The notes under the pieces: model-generated
What the model saw: the letters and a program-made list of their open reading frames with translations, nothing else
What the model was told of the DNA's origin: nothing
Database searches by the model: none
Program-made: the position numbers and the translations under genes
Shown here: piece by piece, positions 10,677 through 20,531 of the stretch
Numbering within the stretch: the stretch's first letter is position 1
How the letters are laid out: each line of letters begins with the position of its first letter
Source of the DNA: Deinococcales bacterium
GTDB taxonomy: Bacteria > Deinococcota > Deinococci > Deinococcales > JAAFIG01
NCBI GenBank assembly: GCA_031414595.1
Contig: JANNVX010000086.1
Coordinates: 1-64,000 of the forward strand
DNA length: 64,000 bases
Reading direction: 5' to 3'

Positions 10677-11261
10677 GTGCATAAAGAACTGATTTTAGCG
10701 TCTGGCAGTCCGCGAAGGCGTGAATTACTGGAAAAACTGGGCATTGCATTTCGCGTGCTATCAGCCGATATTGATGAAACAAGTATTGAAACCAATCCTT
10801 CAAAAATGGTTCAAACCTTAGCACTCGAGAAAGCCCAAGCCGTCGCCAAACTCGAGCCGAGCGCAATTATTCTGGCAGCTGACACAACCGTGGCTTTTGA
10901 AAACAGTATTCTCAATAAACCCAGCAACTTGTACGAAAATGCCGAATTTATTAGGCGTTTGTCTGGTGTCTGGCACGAAGTTTATACGGGAATTGCTTTT
11001 GTAACACCAGACCAAACTGTGGTAGCCGTAGAAATGACTCGAGTCAAATTTAGGGATTTAAGCCAAGCCGAGATTTTAGGCTATGCCAGTAGCGGTGAAG
11101 GACTGGACAAAGCTGGTGGTTACGGTATTCAAGCCCTAGGTATGGCACTGGTCGAACGCATCGAAGGGGATTTTTTTAATGTTGTTGGTTTACCAATTAA
11201 CAAAATGCTGCAAACTGCTCAGGGTATTGGACTCGAGTTGCTGCCGTGGGTGAGGGAATGA
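10677..11261 (+). CDS. maf: Maf nucleotide pyrophosphatase
   Basis: LILASGSPRRRELL, ADTTV, DKAGGYGIQ, NVVGLP. Confidence 0.95.
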   Translation: MHKELILASGSPRRRELLEKLGIAFRVLSADIDETSIETNPSKMVQTLALEKAQAVAKLEPSAIILAADTTVAFENSILNKPSNLYENAEFIRRLSGVWHEVYTGIAFVTPDQTVVAVEMTRVKFRDLSQAEILGYASSGEGLDKAGGYGIQALGMALVERIEGDFFNVVGLPINKMLQTAQGIGLELLPWVRE

Positions 11262-12031
11262 ACTCAAGAGTTGGTTTACTCTTTAGCGCTCTTTTGGTGC
11301 TTTCTTTAATCAGCACTCGCTTTGCGCCCAAAGCACCTTTGGCACTCTCGAGTACCGTGACTCCGCTTTGGACGGTCTTTAGTGCGGTCAGTTTGAATCT
11401 TCGTCATTTTCTTGAAGCCTTGATTTTAGAGCGCGACTTACGCACCGAAAATGCTGCTCTTAAAAATAAAGTTGGGGAACTTGAGTTGCGAGCCTATCAA
11501 CTTGATTTAGAAGTCAAGAAACTCGAGGAACTTGCCGATATTAAACGCACCCAAAGTCCCTCGGTTTTTAAGGCTGCCCAAGTGATTGCTTTTAATTTTG
11601 ATGCCTTAAATGCCGAACTGAGAATCAATAAAGGAAGTGCCGATGGGGTGCAATTAAAAATGGCAGTCACCACCCCGCAAGGCTTGGTTGGCAATGTGAT
11701 GCAAGTCGATCAGCATAGTGCAATTGTGCGAACCATCTTAGACCCAGAATTTCGGGTTGGTGTCAAGGTTGCTAAGTTCAATAATGTGGCGGTGGCGCGT
11801 GGTGTGGCAGGGCGAGTCTTACGGGCAGAGAATTATAAAAATCCCAAAGCCAAAAATGGCGATGTGGTCTGGAGTTCTAACTCGGCAGGTGGGGTTTTTC
11901 CTTCGGTTCGGTTAGGCACAATTATTTCGGTCAGTCAATCTCGAGGCGATACCCTTGGGCAAACCCTTGAAATCAATCCTTTTGTGGACATGACGGCGCT
12001 GGAACAAGTCTATTTGCTGAGGTTGCCATGA
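11258..12031 (+). CDS. mreC: Rod shape-determining protein MreC
   Basis: N-terminal TM, coiled coil LRTENAALK, INKGSADGV, GLVG; follows maf. Confidence 0.9.
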   Translation: MNSRVGLLFSALLVLSLISTRFAPKAPLALSSTVTPLWTVFSAVSLNLRHFLEALILERDLRTENAALKNKVGELELRAYQLDLEVKKLEELADIKRTQSPSVFKAAQVIAFNFDALNAELRINKGSADGVQLKMAVTTPQGLVGNVMQVDQHSAIVRTILDPEFRVGVKVAKFNNVAVARGVAGRVLRAENYKNPKAKNGDVVWSSNSAGGVFPSVRLGTIISVSQSRGDTLGQTLEINPFVDMTALEQVYLLRLP

Positions 12032-12528
12032 TTGCACGGCGCATCATTTTTATTTTGGTAATTCTTGGTTTACAAGGCGCAATGGGAATTTTAATTCCAG
12101 TTTTTCTTTCACCACCCGATTTATTTTTATTGGTTGCCTTGTTTGCGGCGGCTCGAGTACCGCTTTTTTTAGCCCTTTGCATTGGTTACAGCCTTGGCTT
12201 ACTCCAAGATATTCTAGGGGCAGGTTTAATTGGTTTTCATGCGGCTGGAATTCTGGCAGGGGTTTTTACCTCGGGGTTTGTGCGTCGAGGCTTATCGGCA
12301 GAAACCAGTTTTAACCATGCGACAACTGCATTTGTGGCGTTAATTGCCAAGTGGCTAGTCTTTATTGCCCTCAATTACTGGACACGCCAAGGGATTTTAT
12401 CCTTCGAGACGCTGCTCTACCGTTTTCTGCCAGAGATTGCCCTGACCTTATTGGTTGGTCCAATCGTCTTTTCTTTCGCAAATTGGGCATTTGGACGAGG
12501 CAACTCCAACAACGACGGTTTGCTGTAG
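12028..12528 (+). CDS. mreD: Rod shape-determining protein MreD
   Basis: PDL and GLLQD motifs, multi-TM, directly after mreC. Confidence 0.85.
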   Translation: MIARRIIFILVILGLQGAMGILIPVFLSPPDLFLLVALFAAARVPLFLALCIGYSLGLLQDILGAGLIGFHAAGILAGVFTSGFVRRGLSAETSFNHATTAFVALIAKWLVFIALNYWTRQGILSFETLLYRFLPEIALTLLVGPIVFSFANWAFGRGNSNNDGLL

Positions 12529-12580
12529 TCCAACAAATCTGTATCACACGCCCTTCGCCTCCTCCCTGTATACTCGAGCC

Positions 12581-13582
12581 ATGACCCAACGAACATTTGT
12601 TGATTCGCCAATGGAACGCGCCCTTGTCCTCGAGATTGTCCGAGTGACCGAACAAGCTGCCCTTCGTGCCAGTCATTTTGTTGGTAAAGGCGATAAAATT
12701 GCCGTGGATGGGGCTGGAACAGAAGCCATGCGGCAGATTTTAGGCGAAACCCATATTCGTGGCACAGTCGTGATTGGCGAAGGCGAAATGGATGAAGCCC
12801 CAATGCTCTACATTGGCGAACAAGTCGGTTTGCAAACCCCAGACTCCTTTGAAGTTGACATCGCGGTTGATCCCGTCGAAGGAACAACCGTGGCAGCACG
12901 GGGATTGCCAAACAGCGTAGCAGTGATTGCACTTTCTGAAAAAAACGGTTTACTTGGCGCTCCGGACATGTACATGGAAAAACTGGTGGTTGGACCGCCA
13001 GCCGCAGGACGGGTCAATTTGGCTTGGCATCTCGAGGCAAACCTCAATGCGATTGCGGTTAGCTTGGAACGCAGTATCTCGGATTTAACAATTGTGGTGC
13101 TTGACCGTCCACGGCACGAAGACCTGATTTCGCGCATCCGAGCGGCGGGCGCAAGGGTCAAACTGATTGGCGACGGCGATGTGATTGCTGCCTTAGCGGT
13201 TGCCATGCGTGGTACTGGAGTTCATGCCTTGATGGGTTCTGGCGGAGCGCCTGAAGGGGTACTGACGGCGGCTGCCATGAAATGCCTAGGCGGGGAAATC
13301 CAAGGGCAGTTCTTACCCGCCGATACCGCCGAATTCGAGCGTTGCCAGCGTATGGGCGTAGACCCGAATAAAATTTATAACACCCATGAACTTGCACCTG
13401 GTAAAGAAATTGTTTTTGCCGCGACAGGCATCACCGATGGTGAGCTTTTGCAAGGTGTACGACGTTTTGCGGGTGGGGCAAGAACCCAAACCATCGCCAT
13501 GGGTTATGCCACCCGTGTGGTGCGCTTTATGGACACGGTGCATCTGGAAGGCGAAGGGGCGCGGGTCAACATTCGGGTGTAG
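12581..13582 (+). CDS. glpX: Class II fructose-1,6-bisphosphatase
   Basis: [37 protein letters not shown] 6 nt before ATG 12581. Confidence 0.95.
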   Translation: MTQRTFVDSPMERALVLEIVRVTEQAALRASHFVGKGDKIAVDGAGTEAMRQILGETHIRGTVVIGEGEMDEAPMLYIGEQVGLQTPDSFEVDIAVDPVEGTTVAARGLPNSVAVIALSEKNGLLGAPDMYMEKLVVGPPAAGRVNLAWHLEANLNAIAVSLERSISDLTIVVLDRPRHEDLISRIRAAGARVKLIGDGDVIAALAVAMRGTGVHALMGSGGAPEGVLTAAAMKCLGGEIQGQFLPADTAEFERCQRMGVDPNKIYNTHELAPGKEIVFAATGITDGELLQGVRRFAGGARTQTIAMGYATRVVRFMDTVHLEGEGARVNIRV

Positions 13583-13683
13583 AATTTCTTGCGGCTCGAG
13601 ACAGCACAAAAGACGTGGATGCACTTTCTTAATCCGTGGGCAAGAACAAAAAGCCCGTTATGCGTTAGAGGATGTGTGGGAAG

Positions 13684-14037
13684 ATGTCTGACCTTGAAAT
13701 TTTGGCACACGCAGCCGCAAGGCGCGACAGTTTACAACTCAGGGCTTTAACCCTCGAGTTTTTACAAAACCACAAAATACTTGTGCATATTATGATGCCA
13801 AACATCGAAGATAAGAAGCTCTTAGCCATCGCCGCAGGACTACTCGAGTTATTCGCTACTCGCACCAAGCAAGAAGCACCTGCTTGGGTGGATACGATTG
13901 GCAGTACCGAACCGTTTTTCTTGGTGGCAGCAGCCGAAAGAATGCCACGATTACGAGAATTGTGTTTGACCCAATCGCCACCAGAATTACAAAAACGCGG
14001 TTTGTATGCACCGCCGAATTTTCTCGAGTTTGCGTGA
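13684..14037 (+). CDS. Hypothetical protein at the island edge
   Basis: Open 117-codon frame MSDLEILA...SPPELQKRGLYAPPNFLEFA; start overlaps the stop of a short upstream remnant. Confidence 0.7.
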   Translation: MSDLEILAHAAARRDSLQLRALTLEFLQNHKILVHIMMPNIEDKKLLAIAAGLLELFATRTKQEAPAWVDTIGSTEPFFLVAAAERMPRLRELCLTQSPPELQKRGLYAPPNFLEFA

Positions 14038-14088
14038 GGCTGAAATAGCATAAATAAGTTTGAATGGTATAAGATTCACGAAGGAGAA

Positions 14089-15480
14089 ATGGTGATGGCA
14101 ATTAAAGCCGCAAGAACTACAAAAAAAAAATCCCCCCAGCTTGTGCAAACGCCAGAACTAAAAAATTTGGTGACTTCTAAAGATACCAAAACGACTGATG
14201 TTCATAATTGGTATTTTTTTCCACATTCTTTCTCGCCAAATCTTATCGATTTCCTCTTGAACAAATATGCCAAAAATCAGAAGCAAATTGATGGTCGGCT
14301 TTTAGATATGTTTTCAGGAGGTGGCACATCTATTCTTAGAGCAAAACAATTAGGTCTAAATGCTGATGGTTTTGATATTATGCCGTTAAGTGTTTGTGTA
14401 GGAAATGCAAAATTGCAAATTTATAACGAAAAAGAGATTAAAAAACACCTCAAAAAAATCATAAAAGAACCAGAAGTGGAAATTTTAGATTTAATAAATA
14501 ATATTCCCGAAAAATTTGTAACATCTATTTTTCTTGAAGGCACATTGGCACGACTTTTTTATATCAAAAAAGCTATTTTACAGACCCCTGTTCATATTCA
14601 AGATTTTTTTCTAACTGCCTTACTTAAAACTGTTGAAGAAACTATGAATGCAAAAAAAGCGGGTGGTTTTCTTAGGGGATCGCCTAGAAAAAGAAAAAGT
14701 GCCACAATTTCAATACCGATTCAAGAAATAGATAAAAAAGTACATACAACTATTGAAGAAGCCGTCAAACAGTTCATTCATATTGTTAATGGAATGCTGC
14801 TAAGTAAACCAGAATTTAATGAGGCATCTCCTAATTGTCAGATACAATTAGGAGATGCCCGAGCAATCCCAAAACCAGCAGAACTATACAAATGGGTGAT
14901 TACTTCTCCACCCTATCCTAACAGACAAGATTATACTCGTATCTTTGCAACAGAGCTACTTTTTACTTTCTCCGAAGACCTTGAAAATCACAAAACTTTA
15001 AGGTATTCAACACTTCGGTCACATCCAGAAGCAAAAGCACCAACTTGCAAAGTAACTGGATATACCGAGCCTACAATTTTGAAATCACTTGAAGAAAAAA
15101 TGATTAGCAATTTTAATATAGAACGCGAGAAAAAAATGGAAAGAGCAAAGCAGAGAGGTGAAGTTAAAAAATTCGGAAAATTTGACGCTCGGTTAGGACG
15201 AATGATACGAGGTTACTTTGAGGATATGTACCTTGTGCTACAGTCGCTTCGCCCGCATTTACACAAGGATGCCCATGTTTGTTTTGTTGTAAGCAATGTA
15301 CGTCATTTTGGTGTTTCAGTTGAAGTTGATAAACTTTTAGCTGAAATTGCTGAAAACATTGGCTATACTTGTAAAGAGATTTTGGTTGCTCGAGAACGCG
15401 GCAACAGCGCACAACAAATGCGTTTGTATACGCGTAGCCCTTCTCGAGAAAGCATTGTGGTGTTACAACCTACTCCGTAA
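14089..15480 (+). CDS. Amino-type DNA methyltransferase (SPPY, probably N4-cytosine)
   Basis: SAM-binding DMFSGGGTS precedes catalytic ITSPPY; HNWYFFPHSFS near the N-terminus, GNSAQQM near the C-terminus; AAGGAG RBS. Confidence 0.88.
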   Translation: MVMAIKAARTTKKKSPQLVQTPELKNLVTSKDTKTTDVHNWYFFPHSFSPNLIDFLLNKYAKNQKQIDGRLLDMFSGGGTSILRAKQLGLNADGFDIMPLSVCVGNAKLQIYNEKEIKKHLKKIIKEPEVEILDLINNIPEKFVTSIFLEGTLARLFYIKKAILQTPVHIQDFFLTALLKTVEETMNAKKAGGFLRGSPRKRKSATISIPIQEIDKKVHTTIEEAVKQFIHIVNGMLLSKPEFNEASPNCQIQLGDARAIPKPAELYKWVITSPPYPNRQDYTRIFATELLFTFSEDLENHKTLRYSTLRSHPEAKAPTCKVTGYTEPTILKSLEEKMISNFNIEREKKMERAKQRGEVKKFGKFDARLGRMIRGYFEDMYLVLQSLRPHLHKDAHVCFVVSNVRHFGVSVEVDKLLAEIAENIGYTCKEILVARERGNSAQQMRLYTRSPSRESIVVLQPTP

Positions 15481-16297
15481 TTGAGTCCCATTTCTCGAGT
15501 GTCCCATCAAAGAATCGATTATCCATTTTCATTGGTTTTGGTAAAACACACTCGAAACCAAGTATTCTATTAGTAAACTTGGTCAACTCAGAAGCACAAT
15601 GAATAAAGTAAGGATCACTATTCGGATTCTCAAGCCGTTCAACAATTTGCAGTAATTGTGTGTCACTTGATATTAGTGCCGTTGCTTGCACAACCAAGGC
15701 GCAAGCATATATCCAAGAATCAATTACATCAAGATAAGTATTTCTCTGTAGAAAGTCACATATCTTCGAGATTTCGTCATATCTTCCATTTTCTTCTTCA
15801 AGGATATTTATTTGTATTTTTCCGTGGTCGTTTATGAAATTTTTTCCACTATCCAAATAATCAGTGCAATCTCTGAAGTCTTCAGTATCAAGATATTTTA
15901 GGGCTATTACACTCAAATCCCTATCTGTTTGTCTTCTTCGGTAAGAAAATCCTGCTTCAGCTAACTTAAAATGAACCTTACCTTCAAAATTTCCATGTAG
16001 GATTTCATAATTGCTCATTTGTGACATATAAAACAGCGCATCATCTCCGTCAATATTTGACTTCTCGATTAAAAATCCTAAAATTCGTGCGCCCTTAACA
16101 TAATTATCAGCAATCCCTTTGGGTATTCTTTCTGAAAAAGCTCGAGAAATCTCTACAATTTGTTTACTGTCAAAAAATGGAGGAAGTTCTATAGTTTTGG
16201 CTTTTTCTAGATATGTCAGAGCATAGTGAATAGCATTGGTATCAAGAAAATACACAGGTCTAGTCGAAATGCTTTCGCTGGTATTTGGCTGAGTCAC
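15470..16297 (-). CDS. PIN-domain protein (putative nuclease)
   Basis: YFLDTNA at the N-terminus, NYE, DVIDSWIYACA and LISSD acidic PIN pattern. Confidence 0.75.
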   Translation of the reverse strand: MTQPNTSESISTRPVYFLDTNAIHYALTYLEKAKTIELPPFFDSKQIVEISRAFSERIPKGIADNYVKGARILGFLIEKSNIDGDDALFYMSQMSNYEILHGNFEGKVHFKLAEAGFSYRRRQTDRDLSVIALKYLDTEDFRDCTDYLDSGKNFINDHGKIQINILEEENGRYDEISKICDFLQRNTYLDVIDSWIYACALVVQATALISSDTQLLQIVERLENPNSDPYFIHCASELTKFTNRILGFECVLPKPMKMDNRFFDGTLEKWDSITE

Positions 16298-17481
16298 TTT
16301 TTCTCCGAATCTTTTGTTATTTGAGGAAAAAATTCTGATTGAATTTTTTCAATAAACTCTTTGGTGAATGGTAAAGATACTTCTTCCTGAGTAGCAGTTG
16401 CAATTGTATAGCTTGCTAGTTTAATGAGTCTTCGCGGGTTTGATTTTACATCTCCACGAAGCAAATCTGCAATGTTTTCAGGAAATGGAAATACTTGAGA
16501 ACTATTATCCCAGCCGTCTAATCTTGAACCTTTTAACCTATGTTCAAGTAGTTTTTTGACATCATCATCGGTTAATGGTGCAATGTTGAATTTAGACTGT
16601 TCTCCATTTGCGAGTCTTTCCCAAAGGGCGGGCTGTAATTTTTCTGTTACCTCAGCCGCTTGTGGGGTCATTGCAAGAATTATCCACATATCGTGATCAC
16701 TTGCGAGATTGTACAACCGTTTAAGCGTTGCCAAGTAATCACCAGACTGTCGAGAAGTCAGCTTACGATTAAGCGATACATCTTCAAATTCGTCAATCAA
16801 AAGAGCAACACCCCCAGCATTACTGGCTAATTGTAATGCACGAATAAGGGCTGAGAAATACGGGGCTTCTTCGTTTTCTGCAACTAAACTTCCCGGTTTC
16901 CCAGCAACAAAATCCCTGTATTCATAATAGGGTTTATCTAAAGTTTGCACCACAAGCATTCCAAACCTATATGCAATTTCTTCGACAGATGTAATCCCCT
17001 TTTGTATCACGCCTTTAGCGATTTCATCAATGGCTTCTTTTTCTCGCCGATTCCTTTTAACGCTCTCGAGCCAACTATGAAAAGGATTGGTATTAAACAA
17101 AGGACTTTGTGAGTTTGACAGGCTAGGAGAGACGAATTCCCATATCATTTTTGCAAATGGCTCACGCCCAATTTGTTTCAAAAGATAGTTTGCCAAATCA
17201 TAAAATTGTACTCCTGGAGTATCAAAATAAAAGGATCGAATTCTTAGGGCTGGGAATTTTTCTCGCTCTAACCAGCGAAGTATGTAGGATTTACCACTTC
17301 CATATTCACCCAAAACGGCATAAGCCTTTGCTCCTTCAACTCGATTCATACGATCAAAAAAACTATTAAAGTGGCTTAACCATCTTTCAGGCATCCATAA
17401 CTCACTGTTTCCAATGGGTGCGCCACTTCCTGCCGACTCAAAGGGATTGAAACTTAGTCCAAAATCACTTAATTCTGCCAT
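16294..17481 (-). CDS. P-loop/AAA+-like ATPase (BrxD- or Orc1-like architecture)
   Basis: NPF N-terminal motif, Walker A GEYGSGKS, Walker B LLIDEFED, ALWERL, NPRRLIK. Confidence 0.85.
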   Translation of the reverse strand: MAELSDFGLSFNPFESAGSGAPIGNSELWMPERWLSHFNSFFDRMNRVEGAKAYAVLGEYGSGKSYILRWLEREKFPALRIRSFYFDTPGVQFYDLANYLLKQIGREPFAKMIWEFVSPSLSNSQSPLFNTNPFHSWLESVKRNRREKEAIDEIAKGVIQKGITSVEEIAYRFGMLVVQTLDKPYYEYRDFVAGKPGSLVAENEEAPYFSALIRALQLASNAGGVALLIDEFEDVSLNRKLTSRQSGDYLATLKRLYNLASDHDMWIILAMTPQAAEVTEKLQPALWERLANGEQSKFNIAPLTDDDVKKLLEHRLKGSRLDGWDNSSQVFPFPENIADLLRGDVKSNPRRLIKLASYTIATATQEEVSLPFTKEFIEKIQSEFFPQITKDSEKK

Positions 17482-18464
17482 AATGCCCTCAATTCTCGAT
17501 GAAATCGAATATGTGAAATATAGCGTCCACGTTCATCTCTCATGTAGCCTCTTAGCTGATAATCTGCTTGGGACTTTAGAGTCGCTCCAGCATGGGCAAA
17601 AGATGCTGATGTTGGTATTAAAACTACATCAGCATATTGCTCTTTTTGGATTGCTAATATGGATTTGAATAAACGCTCAAGTGTAATCCCAATTTTTGGA
17701 GCATTATCGAAAATAAAATTCCTAATTGAAATAGTTGTCCACTCATTTGAAGGGCTGATTAAACCACTAAAGAGTTTCTTCAAGGCTGTATCTGATTTTT
17801 CTTCATGCAAACAAGTTAGGTACATAACACCAATACCACCGTTATCCTCAAGAAAAATTTCTTCTAAGAATCCCAATTCATTTCTACACCAATGCCGAAT
17901 TCCATAAAAAACAGCATTCACTTCATCTGGTGTTTTTAAGAGGCGATATTTTTCAGGGTCAGTAAAATTTTTTAACTCAACAGGAGTTATCTCTGGATGC
18001 TTTGGATTTCCCGACCAAGTAACTTTACTGCCACTTTTAATTAAAGTGTCAAAACTGGTAGGTAAAGTATCAAAAAGACTAAAAAATACTCTTTGGCAGT
18101 CAGTTTGATTAACAATAAGTCTAACAAATACATCTCGCTCTAAAAAACTAAGTCTCGAGAAATCGCAGTCTGTAACCCTAACCAATCTCTGAGCATCTGA
18201 ATTTTGTTTATTTATTTTATACAAACCTTCTTTTAACTCTAAAACACCCAAGTGTTTTAAGATATTTCTTTGGTGAAACAAAGTTGACCTTGACGGTTTT
18301 TTAGTTTGCCCAAAACGAATAGAAAATTCGCCTGTTCGCATTTTTTCATCAAGTTCACCTGCTTTTAGCCCGTCAGGTGAAGCACTAACATAAAGGATAA
18401 GCTCTTTCAGAGCCAAAAAATCTACAGAACGCATCCACAGCGATTTTAATGCGTTGGTTGACAT
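17469..18464 (-). CDS. Hypothetical protein with probable winged-helix region
   Basis: 331-aa AT-rich ORF; SRSTLFHQRNILKHLGVLELKEGLY resembles a wHTH recognition helix and wing; overlaps the ATPase start; TACGCT 6 nt before ATG. Confidence 0.7.
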   Translation of the reverse strand: MSTNALKSLWMRSVDFLALKELILYVSASPDGLKAGELDEKMRTGEFSIRFGQTKKPSRSTLFHQRNILKHLGVLELKEGLYKINKQNSDAQRLVRVTDCDFSRLSFLERDVFVRLIVNQTDCQRVFFSLFDTLPTSFDTLIKSGSKVTWSGNPKHPEITPVELKNFTDPEKYRLLKTPDEVNAVFYGIRHWCRNELGFLEEIFLEDNGGIGVMYLTCLHEEKSDTALKKLFSGLISPSNEWTTISIRNFIFDNAPKIGITLERLFKSILAIQKEQYADVVLIPTSASFAHAGATLKSQADYQLRGYMRDERGRYISHIRFHRELRALWQN

Positions 18465-18499
18465 AGCATTAGCGTATCACACTCCTGTATTGTCATTGG

Positions 18500-19777
18500 T
18501 CACTTTGCAAATTCAAATTTATTTCTTAGCCCCTCGAGCCTTGCCCTCACTTTCTCCTCCCAGCCTTCACCTGTGGCATTATAAAATTCGTGCTGCTCGA
18601 GTTCTGGCGGCAAATAACGCTGCTTAAAACTACCTTCTGGGTCATCAAAATAATAGGCGTAGCCGCTTCCGTAACCAAGGCTTTTCATGTATCCCGTTGG
18701 TGCGTTCCGAAGGTGCAACGGGACGCTTGCGCCAGTATGCTGACCAGCAGTCTCGAGAACAGCCTTCCAAGCACTGTAAATCGCGTTAGACTTAGGCGCA
18801 AGCGCTAAGTACACCACAGCTTGGGCAAGTGCCAAATCCCCTTCTGGACTGCCCAAAAACTCGGCACTGTCACGGGCTGCAATTGCCAGACGAAGCGCCA
18901 CGGGGTCGGCAAGTCCAATGTCCTCGGATGCCATTCGCACCAAGCGTCGTGCCACATAAAGGCTGTCTGCGCCACCTGCAATCATTCGGGCTAACCAGTA
19001 CAAACTTGCGTCCACATGAGAGGCTCTGACCGATTTATGCAAGGCGCTAATCAGGTTGTAAAAATCCTCGCCATTTTTGTCCATCGCGGGTGTCTGAGCG
19101 CCCAAGGCTTCACGCACCATCTCGAGGGTGAGGTGTTCGCCAGTTTGGGCAGCCACCTCAAGGGCAGTCAGGGCTTTACGGGCATCGCCATCCACGGCAC
19201 GGGACAGTGCTTCAAGTGCGTCTAAATCGGCTGTTACATTCGGTAGCCCTTGAGGGTCAGTCAGGGCTTTTTGTAGTAAGCCCAGTATTTGCATCGGTGG
19301 AATCGGCTCGAGTTTTAAGATTCGGGTTCTCGAGCGCAGCGCGGGATTGACTTCAAAGCTCGGATTCTCGGTGGTTGCGCCAATCAGGATTAAAAGCCCA
19401 GATTCAACATGAGGCAACAGTGCATCTTGTTGGGCTTTGTTAAAGCGGTGGATTTCGTCTAAGAATAAAACTGTGCGCTGTCCAAAACCTCTGGCAGTTT
19501 CGGCATGGGTCACAACATCCCGCACGTCTTTAACGCCAGCACTAACAGCCGATAATCCGACAAACTGGGCATTGGTTAAACTCGAGATTAAACGTGCCAA
19601 AGTGGTTTTACCGCAACCCGGTCCACCCCAAAGAATCAGGCTTGAGAGTTGCCCGCGCTCGAGCATCAAGCGCAAAGGTTTGTTTGGGGCAGTTAAATGG
19701 GGTTGCCCAACGACTTCATCTAAAGTGCGAGGGCGCATTCGTTCGGCAAGTGGGGCATTAGGGGCAAATAAAGTCAT
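18500..19777 (-). CDS. rarA: Replication-associated recombination protein A (MgsA)
   Basis: [45 protein letters not shown]. Confidence 0.96.
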   Translation of the reverse strand: MTLFAPNAPLAERMRPRTLDEVVGQPHLTAPNKPLRLMLERGQLSSLILWGGPGCGKTTLARLISSLTNAQFVGLSAVSAGVKDVRDVVTHAETARGFGQRTVLFLDEIHRFNKAQQDALLPHVESGLLILIGATTENPSFEVNPALRSRTRILKLEPIPPMQILGLLQKALTDPQGLPNVTADLDALEALSRAVDGDARKALTALEVAAQTGEHLTLEMVREALGAQTPAMDKNGEDFYNLISALHKSVRASHVDASLYWLARMIAGGADSLYVARRLVRMASEDIGLADPVALRLAIAARDSAEFLGSPEGDLALAQAVVYLALAPKSNAIYSAWKAVLETAGQHTGASVPLHLRNAPTGYMKSLGYGSGYAYYFDDPEGSFKQRYLPPELEQHEFYNATGEGWEEKVRARLEGLRNKFEFAK

Positions 19778-19787
19778 CTGTGAATGT

Positions 19788-20465
19788 TTAGAAGGCGGAT
19801 GTTGTATTTTGTTCAGTCAGCACTTGCCATGGTTGGTTTTTTGTGCCATTACCATAGGTGATCGATAACGAAGTGGATTTTCCATTGGCAACCGCCAGTA
19901 TTTCGACTTCAAAGAACACTTCATTCCAACCGCTTTTGTAATTGATCGTACTCTTATAGATGATGTTATCACTTTGGCAGTTGTTATAAATAATTGAACC
20001 ATCAAGATTGGCGTACTGACGGTAAGCACTGATTATTTTTAAGCCAACGGTTGGATTCGGAACGGTCAGGGATTTGGTTTGTGTTACCGAACTGATGATA
20101 TTTAAGTTGTTGGGGTCGTTGTAATACACCAAGTACATCGAAGCCGTAGCTAAGCCAGAAGGCGAAACGGTATTTGTTCCAGATGTGCAATTAAAGGCTT
20201 TTTTGATGTCTAATTTTTCGCTTGGTAAAACAGGTAGGGTCACAGAAAAACTGCCATTTGCGGCGATGTTACCGGCTGGAATGGGTGCAATGGTCTTAAA
20301 GCCCGGATACTCGAGTTGAATAGCTTTTACCCCATCTTTCCAACCTGCAATCGTTCCAGTGATGGTTGGTGTTTGTCCCAAATCACTGTTGGTAGGTGTT
20401 GTTGGGCAGGCAGTCAAAAGCGTACCCAATGCCAAGATTGTTGGAAAGACAACTGTTGTTTTCAT
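19788..20465 (-). CDS. Hypothetical lipoprotein
   Basis: Lipobox [12 protein letters not shown] and KSGWN motifs; TACCCT 6 nt before ATG 20465. Confidence 0.75.
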   Translation of the reverse strand: MKTTVVFPTILALGTLLTACPTTPTNSDLGQTPTITGTIAGWKDGVKAIQLEYPGFKTIAPIPAGNIAANGSFSVTLPVLPSEKLDIKKAFNCTSGTNTVSPSGLATASMYLVYYNDPNNLNIISSVTQTKSLTVPNPTVGLKIISAYRQYANLDGSIIYNNCQSDNIIYKSTINYKSGWNEVFFEVEILAVANGKSTSLSITYGNGTKNQPWQVLTEQNTTSAF

Positions 20466-20531
20466 GATCAAAGGGTATCACAAGAAGCTAAAAAATGATC
20501 CAAACTGCCTTGGACTGCGTATACTTAAGTA

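Noticed and set aside
14089-18464. BREX or a classical type I/III restriction-modification system
   Set aside because: No PglZ, BrxC, PglX-size methyltransferase, helicase-type Res/HsdR or HsdS repeats.
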